Positions 1-6,937 are shown, counted from the stretch's first letter. The stretch: 10,623 nt of DNA from a bacterium (GCA_041946805.1 JBHGBC010000190.1:1-10623); one strand, 5' to 3'. The notes: a model not told the origin generated them from the letters alone. Numbers and translations: made by a program.

Positions 1-1553
1 TCCACGAACCCGATATCCGGGTCGGAGATGTCGAAAGAGGCGGGGAAATCGTGCTCGCCAATCTCCCTCTCTCGCCAGTACTGCTGGATGTTCAGCTTGA
101 GAAGTTTGTAGCTGTGGTTGTTGCAGACGACGAACTTGGCATCGATGTTGTGGTGGGCGGCGGTCCAGAGGGCCTGGATGGTGTACATGCAGCCGCCGTC
201 CCCCGAAAAGGCGATGACCAACTTGTCCGGATGGGCCAGTTTCACCCCGATGGCGCCGGGGAAGCCCACGCCCAGCGATCCCCCCCGCGTCAGAAAATAG
301 CGATTGGGCTTGCGGGGCGGATAATAATGAACGATGGGCGGCGAGTTGGTTAAGGCTTCATCGAAAATCAGGGTGTCTTCCGGAAGCCGCGGAGCCAGTT
401 CGGCCATGAAGCGCGACATGGGCATCGGCATTTGATTCCACCGCGCGAGTTCTTTACTCATCCAGGCCTCCCGGCGTTCTTCCGCGGCGTGGCGGTAGGC
501 TTCGGATCTCTCCCGGGCGGCTTGCTTTTGCGTGGAGGACATCGTTCTCTCCAGCGCGTCCGCCAGCGCCGCCAGGGTAAGCTGGGGATCCGATACCGCG
601 CCCAAATGCACGGGATGGTTCTTGGCGATCTCGTATCCATCCAGATCGAAATGAATGACCTTCGCGCCGGGAGCGAAGATGTCTCCGGGTTCCGGAAAAA
701 CTTCCGGCAGCAGGTAGGTTCCACAGACCAGCCAGACATCCCCCTGACGGAAAATCGGCAAACTGGCAGGGCCGAACATGTGCCCGGTCGAGCCTTGGTA
801 CAGGGGATGGGTGAAATCCATGTTCACTTCCCCGTTGTTGGCTTCCCATACCGGCGCGCCGAGAAGTTCAGCCACGCGGATTAATTCCTCCTGGGCATGG
901 GAATACGCGATCCCGTCGCCGATGACAATGCGGGGATCGTCAGCCTCCGCCAGCCACCGCGCGGCTTCCTCGATTATCGCGTCATCAGGCCGGACCCGCG
1001 TGGAAGGAATGAATGTGGGCCGGACCTCCTCCACCGCCGGCGCGTCCAGCACATCCATCGGCAGGCAGACATACACCGGCCCCCGGGGGGGCGTCGCGGC
1101 GATCTTGACGGCCCTCCGCAGGACCCGCAACAGGGAAGCGGGATCATACACGCAGGCGGCGTATTTCGTGACCGGCTCGGCGAACGCCACCAGATCCCCC
1201 GCCATCTGCGCGTCCATGGCGAGGTATTTCACTCCGGCATCCCCCCCGATCACCACCAGGGGCGAATGGCCGCGCTTGGCCTGGTACAGCGCGCCGATGG
1301 CGTTGCCCAGGCCGGGCGTGCTGTGTACTTGCACTAGAGCCGGTTTCTTGGTGGCGCGGGCATACCCGTCCGCGGCCGTCACCGCGATCGATTCTTGCAA
1401 GGTCAGAATGTATTTCAAATCCGGGAATTCCCACAAAGCGTCCAGAAATCCTTGCTCCACGGTCCCCGGATTGCCGAACATATATTGAAATCCATCCGCC
1501 CGGAATTGTTCGAGAATGGCGCGCCGGCCGGTCTGAAGTGAAGATATCGCCAT
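1..1553 (-). CDS. Thiamine-diphosphate-dependent enzyme, benzoylformate decarboxylase/acetolactate synthase-like family; partial, 3' end beyond the left edge
   Basis: Manual translation from ATG at 1553 is open to the window edge (517 codons): MAISSLQTGRRAILEQFRADGFQYMFGNPGTVEQGFLDAL...LTLQESIAVTAADGYARAT...VQVHSTPGLGNAIG...PPRGPVYVCLPMD...RGGSLGVGFPGAIG...FSGDGGCMYTIQALWTAAHHNIDAKFVVCNNHSY. It has the PYR-domain FGNPG and catalytic Glu (LQE), and the PP-domain GDG...NN ThDP/Mg motif. It starts 3 nt after the upstream TAA. Confidence 0.93.
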   Translation of the reverse strand, partial: MAISSLQTGRRAILEQFRADGFQYMFGNPGTVEQGFLDALWEFPDLKYILTLQESIAVTAADGYARATKKPALVQVHSTPGLGNAIGALYQAKRGHSPLVVIGGDAGVKYLAMDAQMAGDLVAFAEPVTKYAACVYDPASLLRVLRRAVKIAATPPRGPVYVCLPMDVLDAPAVEEVRPTFIPSTRVRPDDAIIEEAARWLAEADDPRIVIGDGIAYSHAQEELIRVAELLGAPVWEANNGEVNMDFTHPLYQGSTGHMFGPASLPIFRQGDVWLVCGTYLLPEVFPEPGDIFAPGAKVIHFDLDGYEIAKNHPVHLGAVSDPQLTLAALADALERTMSSTQKQAARERSEAYRHAAEERREAWMSKELARWNQMPMPMSRFMAELAPRLPEDTLIFDEALTNSPPIVHYYPPRKPNRYFLTRGGSLGVGFPGAIGVKLAHPDKLVIAFSGDGGCMYTIQALWTAAHHNIDAKFVVCNNHSYKLLKLNIQQYWREREIGEHDFPASFDISDPDIGFV

Positions 1554-1556
1554 GAT

Positions 1557-2381
1557 TTACCATCCGTACCGGGTCAGGCCTTTGTTCAGGGTTTCGACAA
1601 GTTTTTCTCCAAACTCAAAGGAGCACTGATTCGACCGGGCGGTGACGAAGGGATAGTCCACAATGACCGATGTGGCCTTGCCGAAATTGCCGTGGTATTG
1701 CCCTTCCGGCCCCACCGCGTCGCGCAGCAGGTATTCGAGCGGATAGGGCGGCGGCCCCATGTTCAGGTCGGTCCCCAGGAATCCCGTGCCGTCCTTGTAG
1801 TCATATTCGATGCAATGCCCCGTTACATGCTTTCCCCGAATGATACATTTGCGGTCGTCCAGTTCGCGGGCGAAAGCCAGGCAGGCCACGCCGTAACAGA
1901 TCGCCCCGATGGGCTTGCCCGCCTTGTAAAATCCCAGGATCAGGTCATGCACGCGCTGATTGTTGACCATGTCGATCAACGGGCCGCTGCCCCCCACCAA
2001 CACCAGCACGCTATAGGGTTTCAATTCCCCCCAGACCGCCTGACGGCGGGTGTAATAAGCCTCCAGCTCGCGGATGAAGTTTGGAACGCTGAAATACGGC
2101 CGCTCGGGCATCCAGCGGGAGAGATCGATGGGATTGTCCAACCGCGTGGAATCATCCAATTTCTTGACTATTTTGGCGGTCTCCTTCGAGGTCACCGCGC
2201 ATCCCAGCGGCGGATCCATGTACTCGGGATCCATGCTGGGCGGCAGCGCCCGTGCGCGCCGTCCCTTGGATGTGACAAAGACTGGTTCATATCCTGCCTT
2301 GTCCAGGCAGGTCAACGGACCGAGCAGTTCTTCCCCCCAATAACCATACTCCGACAATACCACCAATGCTTTTTTAGGCAT
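1557..2381 (-). CDS. DJ-1/PfpI (ThiJ/Hsp31-like, class I glutamine amidotransferase-like domain) protein, 274 aa
   Basis: MPKKALVVLSEYGYWGEELLGP (conserved Glu), LVLVGGSGP, nucleophile-elbow KPIGAICYGVACL, IRGKHVTG, VIVDYPFVTARS. Start moved from the ORF-track 2468 to ATG 2381, which has GGAGG (2388-2392) 6 nt upstream. Confidence 0.9.
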   Translation of the reverse strand: MPKKALVVLSEYGYWGEELLGPLTCLDKAGYEPVFVTSKGRRARALPPSMDPEYMDPPLGCAVTSKETAKIVKKLDDSTRLDNPIDLSRWMPERPYFSVPNFIRELEAYYTRRQAVWGELKPYSVLVLVGGSGPLIDMVNNQRVHDLILGFYKAGKPIGAICYGVACLAFARELDDRKCIIRGKHVTGHCIEYDYKDGTGFLGTDLNMGPPPYPLEYLLRDAVGPEGQYHGNFGKATSVIVDYPFVTARSNQCSFEFGEKLVETLNKGLTRYGW

Positions 2382-2506
2382 AGTTCGCCTCCGTTGTTCA
2401 TGAAACGTTCCCGGTATGTTCCCCCACAAAAAAGAGAGAAGAGTAAGGTCTCCCTTCGATCCAGCCAAGCCTCATGACACCACCGGCTGGCAGGAGTCAC
2501 AAGAAT

Positions 2507-2535
2507 ATAATCAACGGGATGGATACCAATGTCAA
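2507..2535 (-). promoter_or_regulatory. Putative sigma70-type promoter for the DJ-1/ThDP operon
   Basis: Minus strand reads TTGACA (2535-2530), a 17-nt spacer, then GATTAT (2512-2507). An A/T-rich tract (about 2537-2573) lies just upstream, where an UP element would be. Confidence 0.6.
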
Positions 2536-2733
2536 CAAAAATTTAAAGAAAATTACAAATATACAAAAAAAACGAGTTTAGCGAATGTTGATCAATTAGA
2601 TGTTCTAAGTAACTTATCAGTCGCCCTTGAAACGCATGGTGACAATTCAGACTCATCCGGCAAACGCGTTCTTTTTCAAAAGGGGATGATCGGCTTCCAA
2701 TGGATCAGGCCCGAGGGACCCGCCGCAACTTCT

Positions 2734-2770
2734 CTCTCCCTCTGGGAGAGGGCCAGGGTGAGGGAATGCC
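2734..2770. repeat. REP/BoxC-like palindromic intergenic repeat, copy 1
   Basis: CTCTCCC-TCT-GGGAGAG hairpin followed by GGCCAGGGTGAGGGAATGCC. It matches copy 2 (7145-7180) at 28 of the first 32 positions, in the same orientation. Confidence 0.75.
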
Positions 2771-2847
2771 TTCTGGTGGAGTTTGGGCTTCTCCAAGAGC
2801 GTATCACCTTTCGCTCTTCGGAAACATGAATCCCTTCCAAGAGACGG

Positions 2848-2863
2848 CTTTTTCGGCAGCCTG
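2848..2863. mobile_element. Possible orphan IS/MITE terminal-inverted-repeat remnant
   Basis: CTTTTTCGGCAGCCTG (reverse complement CAGGCTGCCGAAAAAG) resembles, from recollection, IS5/IS1182-type ends. No partner IR or transposase is visible in the window. Confidence 0.25.
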
Positions 2864-2894
2864 GGATTTCAAACATGGGCAAAGGAGTTCGGAT

Positions 2895-2966
2895 ATGCGC
2901 CCTTCTCGGATTTACATGAAAAAACAATTCATGGAAATTATCCATTCAATGACGAGGCGGCAATAA
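2895..2966 (+). CDS. Candidate small protein, 23 aa (MRPSRIYMKKQFMEIIHSMTRRQ)
   Basis: Strong Shine-Dalgarno AAAGGAG (2881-2887) 7 nt before ATG 2895; TAA at 2964-2966; an inverted repeat lies downstream. No homology recognised. Confidence 0.25.
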   Translation: MRPSRIYMKKQFMEIIHSMTRRQ

Positions 2967-2994
2967 GTGCAAATGATCCTGATATATTCCATAG

Positions 2995-3022
2995 GTTGCC
3001 GCGCAGGCGTCCCGCCGGCAAC
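2995..3022. terminator. Inverted repeat, possible terminator or stability hairpin downstream of the receiver gene
   Basis: GTTGCCG (2995-3001) and CGGCAAC (3016-3022) with a 14-nt loop, about 65 nt past the stop of the minus-strand receiver gene. No clear U-tract. Confidence 0.3.
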
Positions 3023-3087
3023 ACTATCTTACTTATGCCGGCAAGCTGTCTGCACTACAATATAGAGATTTTTTGCCGCGGCATCAT

Positions 3088-3465
3088 TCATTGGGCATCC
3101 TCGTTCAACAGCCGGGCAATGACTTGAATCACGTGGCGGGGCTTGACCGGTTTGGTGAGATAGGCATTGCATCCCGCCTGGACCGCCTGCTGTTCGTCTT
3201 CCGGACGGGCATGGGCGGTCAAGGCGATGACCGGGATATGGCGCGTGGATTCCTGACTTCGAAGTGAACGCAACACCTCGAGGCCGGACTTGGTGGGCAA
3301 GGAGATGTCGAGCAGGATCAAGTCCGGCTGGCGGCTCGCCGCCAACTCCTCGCCTTGGGGACCGTCGGACGCCTGCAGGACCTTGTACCCGGAAAATCCC
3401 AGGGCGTCGGCCAGCATTTCGCGGCTGTCCACGTGGTCTTCGACTATCAAGATCGTCCGATCCAT
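3088..3465 (-). CDS. Single-domain response regulator (CheY/DivK-like receiver), 125 aa
   Basis: MDRTILIVEDH...PDLILLDISLP (phosphoacceptor Asp)...IPVIALTAHA...AGCNAYLTKP. ATG 3465 is preceded by GAGGTG with a 6-nt spacer, so it is preferred over GTG 3474. Confidence 0.93.
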   Translation of the reverse strand: MDRTILIVEDHVDSREMLADALGFSGYKVLQASDGPQGEELAASRQPDLILLDISLPTKSGLEVLRSLRSQESTRHIPVIALTAHARPEDEQQAVQAGCNAYLTKPVKPRHVIQVIARLLNEDAQ

Positions 3466-3491
3466 GCTACGCACCTCATCTCGCCGTGGAA

Positions 3492-3531
3492 GCCGGCTGG
3501 ACCCGGGCCGGATGGACCCAGGCCGGATGGA
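3492..3531. repeat. 15-bp tandem repeat, about 2.7 copies
   Basis: GCCGGCTGGACCCGG / GCCGGATGGACCCAG / GCCGGATGGA, just upstream of the receiver gene RBS. Confidence 0.8.
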
Positions 3532-3637
3532 AAGCGTCCCTCATTGTATGGCCATTCGAGCCGGAAACCAACACCCGCGCGCGGCGGGCCGTGATGCGCG
3601 AAAGGCCCCCGGGCGTTTTCCCATTTCCAAATGACCG

Positions 3638-3643
3638 TATAAT
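3638..3643 (+). promoter_or_regulatory. Possible -10 element for the sigma54-activator gene
   Basis: Perfect TATAAT 75 nt upstream of ATG 3719 in GC-rich DNA; the -35 is weak. A minus-strand TTGACA lies at 3653-3658, possibly part of the divergent promoter. Confidence 0.35.
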
Positions 3644-3718
3644 GAATGGGCTTGTCAACGGGTGCGCGGAAGAATGGCCGCGTGGTTCGTTCATTTGATA
3701 AAAGTGATTCGGACTTTC

Positions 3719-5137
3719 ATGGATCCCAATATCCTGATAATCGATGACGATGATGTCACCCGGCTCCCGCTGGTCCGGCGCTTGTCCAACGCCGGTTACC
3801 GGGCGCGCGGCGGGGCCACGGCGGCCGACATGTGGAGGGCGTTTGCGGAGGAGGAGTTTGACGCCCTTTTGTTGGACATCCTGCTGCCGGACGCGAACGG
3901 CATCGACCTGATCCCCGAGATTCTGGAAACCGTGCCGGATCTGCCCATTATCATCATTACCGCCTTCGGAAGCATCGAACGGGTGGTCGAAGCGATGCAG
4001 CGGGGCGCGTTCGATTTCTTCTCCAAACCGGTAGAGGATAACCGGCTGAAGGTATCGGTCAAAAACGCGGTGCAGCAATACGCCCTCAAACGCAAAGTGA
4101 CCACCCTGGAAAAGACGCGGCGGGCGGGGCTGGGGGAACTGATCGGCGGCAGCCCGGCCATGCAAGTGGTCTATCACATCATCGAAACCGTCGCGCCTAC
4201 CAAGGCGCCGGTGCTGATCACGGGCGAAAGCGGGACTGGCAAGGAGTTGGTGGCGCGCGCCATTCACACACTCTCTCCCCGCCGCAAAAACGATCTGGTG
4301 GATGTCAACTGCGCCGCCATCCCCAAGGAATTGCTGGAGAGCGAGCTCTTCGGCCATGAGAAGAACGCCTTCACCGGGGCCGTCCGGCGATACACCGGTT
4401 GCTGCGAACGGGCGCACCAATCGTCCTTGTTTCTAGACGAAATCGGGGAAATGGAATACAACCTCCAGGCCAAGATCCTTCGATTTCTCCAGGAATTTTC
4501 GTTCAACCGGGTCGGCGGGGAGGAAAAAATCCACGTGGACACGCGGATCCTGTCCGCCACCAACCGCTCTCCCCAGGAAGCCATCCGCCGGGGACAGTTA
4601 CGGGAAGACCTGTATTACCGTTTGAACGTGGTGAACATCCACCTGCCCCCGCTCCGGGAGCGGATCGAAGACCTGCCGGCCTTGGCGGATCATTTCTTGA
4701 AAAAGTACTCCAACGAACACGGAAAATCCTTCACCGCCGTCTCGCCGGGGGCTCTGCGGGTGATGCAAGCCTACCGCTGGCCGGGCAACGTGCGCGAACT
4801 GGAGAATGGCATTCAGCAGGCCGTGTTGCTGCACACGGGAAATACGGTGGAGATCCCCATGCTGCCCGAGGCGGTGCGGTCCGCGGAGGCGCAAACATCG
4901 CGGGACGGGATCAAGGACGGCGTCCCCCCGCCGCCGGCCGCCATTCCGGGACCGCCCGCCACCCCCTCCGGAGACCGGATCATCCCCTTGATGGATTTGG
5001 AAAAGACCGCGATCGAGCAGGCGTTGCGGATCACCCATGGAAACATCGCCCAGGCGGCCGTGGGTTTGAAACTCAGCCAGGCTACCCTGTACCGGAAACT
5101 GCGGGACTATGATTTCAATATCAAAGATTTCAAATAA
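3719..5137 (+). CDS. Sigma54-dependent response regulator (NtrC/AtoC family: receiver + AAA+ + Fis-type HTH), 472 aa
   Basis: Receiver ILIIDDD...LLLDILLPD...IITAFG...FSKP; Walker A GESGTGKE; VNCAAIP..LLESELFGHEKNAFTGA; Walker B LFLDEIGE; LREDLYYRLNV; WPGNVRELEN; HTH GNIAQAAVGLKLSQATLYRKL. Start placed at MDPNILII (3719). Confidence 0.95.
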   Translation: MDPNILIIDDDDVTRLPLVRRLSNAGYRARGGATAADMWRAFAEEEFDALLLDILLPDANGIDLIPEILETVPDLPIIIITAFGSIERVVEAMQRGAFDFFSKPVEDNRLKVSVKNAVQQYALKRKVTTLEKTRRAGLGELIGGSPAMQVVYHIIETVAPTKAPVLITGESGTGKELVARAIHTLSPRRKNDLVDVNCAAIPKELLESELFGHEKNAFTGAVRRYTGCCERAHQSSLFLDEIGEMEYNLQAKILRFLQEFSFNRVGGEEKIHVDTRILSATNRSPQEAIRRGQLREDLYYRLNVVNIHLPPLRERIEDLPALADHFLKKYSNEHGKSFTAVSPGALRVMQAYRWPGNVRELENGIQQAVLLHTGNTVEIPMLPEAVRSAEAQTSRDGIKDGVPPPPAAIPGPPATPSGDRIIPLMDLEKTAIEQALRITHGNIAQAAVGLKLSQATLYRKLRDYDFNIKDFK

Positions 5138-5392
5138 ATCAATCCATGTGTTTCATTTAGGATTCGGATCGATGCAGTGATGCAGGCCGGGCTCCATGCG
5201 AAGCGCAGCCACCACCGCCGAGAGAGTGTAAAGAGGAGGGAAGAAAAACTTGTTTCGGTTTGAAAGCAGGTTCATTGTAACGTGCCCCTGCGGCAGGTAG
5301 GTTCCATGGGAATCGCCTGGATTGCTTGCTTTTCCCGATAGGGATGAAATAAGATTGCATCGAATGACATCTATCCATGTGAGCGCGTGACC

Positions 5393-6937
5393 ATGAAATT
5401 TCCCCGAGCCAGTGGTATTTTGTTGCATCCCACCTCGTTGCCCGGACGCTACGGAATCGGAGACCTGGGGCGGGAAGCCTACCGCTTTGTCGATTTTTTA
5501 GCGGATGCGGGCCAGCGGTTATGGCAGGTGTTGCCCTTGGGGCCGACCGGATACGGCGATTCACCCTATCAATGTTTTTCGGCGTTCGCCGGCAATCCCT
5601 TGTTGATCAATCTGGAAACGCTGATCGACGAGAAAGTGCTCGATCCGAAAGACCTGGATAACGCCCCCGCGTTCGATCTCCACCGGGTGGATTACGGCCA
5701 GGTGCTGGCGTACAAGGTGTCGGTGCTGCAAAAGGCCTATGAATATTTCCGGGCGCATCCCCCCTCGACCCTGGAGGATGAGTTCCGTTCGTTCTGTTGG
5801 GACAACGGCTGGTGGCTGCACGATTACGCCGTTTTCATGTCGGTGAAAGAGGCCCATCACGGCGTGGTCTGGACCCAGTGGGAAGAGGGAATCGCCCGGC
5901 GGCGGCCGGAGGCTTACGCGCACTGGGAGAAAAAACTGTCGGTGGAGATCGACATGCGCAAGTTCTGGCAGTTTCTTTTCTTCAAACAGTGGCGCAAATT
6001 GAAGGACTATTGTAACAAAAAGGGGATTTCGATCATCGGCGACCTCCCGATTTACGTCGCCCACGACAGCGCGGACGTGTGGGCGCAGCCGGAGATCTTT
6101 CATCTGGACGAGCACGGCCATCCGCTCGTGGTGGCGGGCGTGCCGCCGGATTATTTCAGCAAGACCGGCCAGTTGTGGGGCAATCCCATCTACCGCTGGG
6201 ACAAACTGGCGCAGTCCGGCTTCCAGTGGTGGATCGCCCGCTTCCAGGAAACGCTGCGGCTGATCGACATCGTCCGGCTGGACCATTTCCGGGGATTCGA
6301 ATCGTATTGGGAAGTGCCGGCCACGGAAACCACGGCGGTCAACGGGCGCTGGGTGGCGGGACCGGGGCGGGCGCTGTTCACCGCGCTCCAGAACGCGTTG
6401 GGGGAATTGAAGATCATCGCCGAGAACCTGGGCGTGATCACCCCCGACGTGGAAGACCTGCGAATGGATTTCGAGTTCCCCGGCATGGCCATTCTCCAAT
6501 TCGCGTTCGGCTCGGGACCGTCCAATCCCTACCTGCCGCATAATTTCATGCAAAACCTGGTGGCCTACACGGGAACGCACGATAACGACACCACGGTGGG
6601 CTGGTGGCGGGCCACCCACGGCGAAGGCAGCACCCGCACTCCCGAGCAGGTGGAAAAAGAGCGGGCCTATGTCCGCGAGTACCTGAACACCACGGGCGAA
6701 GAGATCCACTGGGATTGCATCCGGGCCTTGATGGTCTCGGTGGCGGACACGGTGATCTTTCCCCTGCAGGACATCCTGGGCGAAGGCAGCGGCGCCCGCA
6801 TGAACCTGCCGGGGCAACTTGGTGGCAACTGGCAGTGGCGCTTTACTCCGGACCGCTTGACGGACGCTTCCCGGGACCGCTTACGGAACCTGACCACAAC
6901 GTACGGGCGGTTGGAACCGTATGAAAAGAACGCGTAG
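5393..6937 (+). CDS. malQ: 4-alpha-glucanotransferase (amylomaltase, GH77), 514 aa
   Basis: RASGILLHPTSLPG, WQVLPLGPTGYGDSPYQCFSAFAGNP, GVPPDYFSKTGQLWGNP, and catalytic-triad motifs VRLDHFRGF / IAENLG / YTGTHDNDT, then RMNLPG..GNWQWR. Confidence 0.96.
   Translation: MKFPRASGILLHPTSLPGRYGIGDLGREAYRFVDFLADAGQRLWQVLPLGPTGYGDSPYQCFSAFAGNPLLINLETLIDEKVLDPKDLDNAPAFDLHRVDYGQVLAYKVSVLQKAYEYFRAHPPSTLEDEFRSFCWDNGWWLHDYAVFMSVKEAHHGVVWTQWEEGIARRRPEAYAHWEKKLSVEIDMRKFWQFLFFKQWRKLKDYCNKKGISIIGDLPIYVAHDSADVWAQPEIFHLDEHGHPLVVAGVPPDYFSKTGQLWGNPIYRWDKLAQSGFQWWIARFQETLRLIDIVRLDHFRGFESYWEVPATETTAVNGRWVAGPGRALFTALQNALGELKIIAENLGVITPDVEDLRMDFEFPGMAILQFAFGSGPSNPYLPHNFMQNLVAYTGTHDNDTTVGWWRATHGEGSTRTPEQVEKERAYVREYLNTTGEEIHWDCIRALMVSVADTVIFPLQDILGEGSGARMNLPGQLGGNWQWRFTPDRLTDASRDRLRNLTTTYGRLEPYEKNA

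Noticed and set aside
51..1488. Plus-strand ORFs 51-353, 432-884, 778-1488, 897-1337 and off-frame minus ORFs
   Set aside because: They are shadows of the minus-strand ThDP enzyme gene in GC-rich DNA and have no recognisable motifs.
1692..2477. 261-aa plus-strand ORF
   Set aside because: Antisense shadow of the DJ-1/PfpI gene.
2382..2500. TPP riboswitch upstream of a ThDP-enzyme operon
   Set aside because: The conserved CUGAGA and related core motifs are absent; only generic hairpins are seen.
2416..3127. ORFs 2416-2829, 2676-2945, 2700-2966 and 2783-3127
   Set aside because: They cross the promoter, AT tract or palindromic repeat; the repeat translates into SLPLGEGQGEG / LSLWERARVR-type artefacts; no domain signal.
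3492..3531. Tandem repeat as a mini-CRISPR
   Set aside because: Units are 15 bp, directly adjacent with no spacers, and no cas genes are present.
3476..5112. ORFs 3476-4420 (-), 4399-5112 (+) and other ORFs overlapping the activator gene
   Set aside because: Antisense or alternate-frame shadows of a clearly conserved bEBP gene.
2382..5392. Sigma54 -24/-12 promoter in the spacers around the activator
   Set aside because: No convincing TGGCAC-N5-TTGC match was found by eye; a PWM scan is needed to exclude weak sites.
5561..6817. 418-aa minus-strand ORF
   Set aside because: Antisense shadow of malQ caused by GC-biased codon usage.
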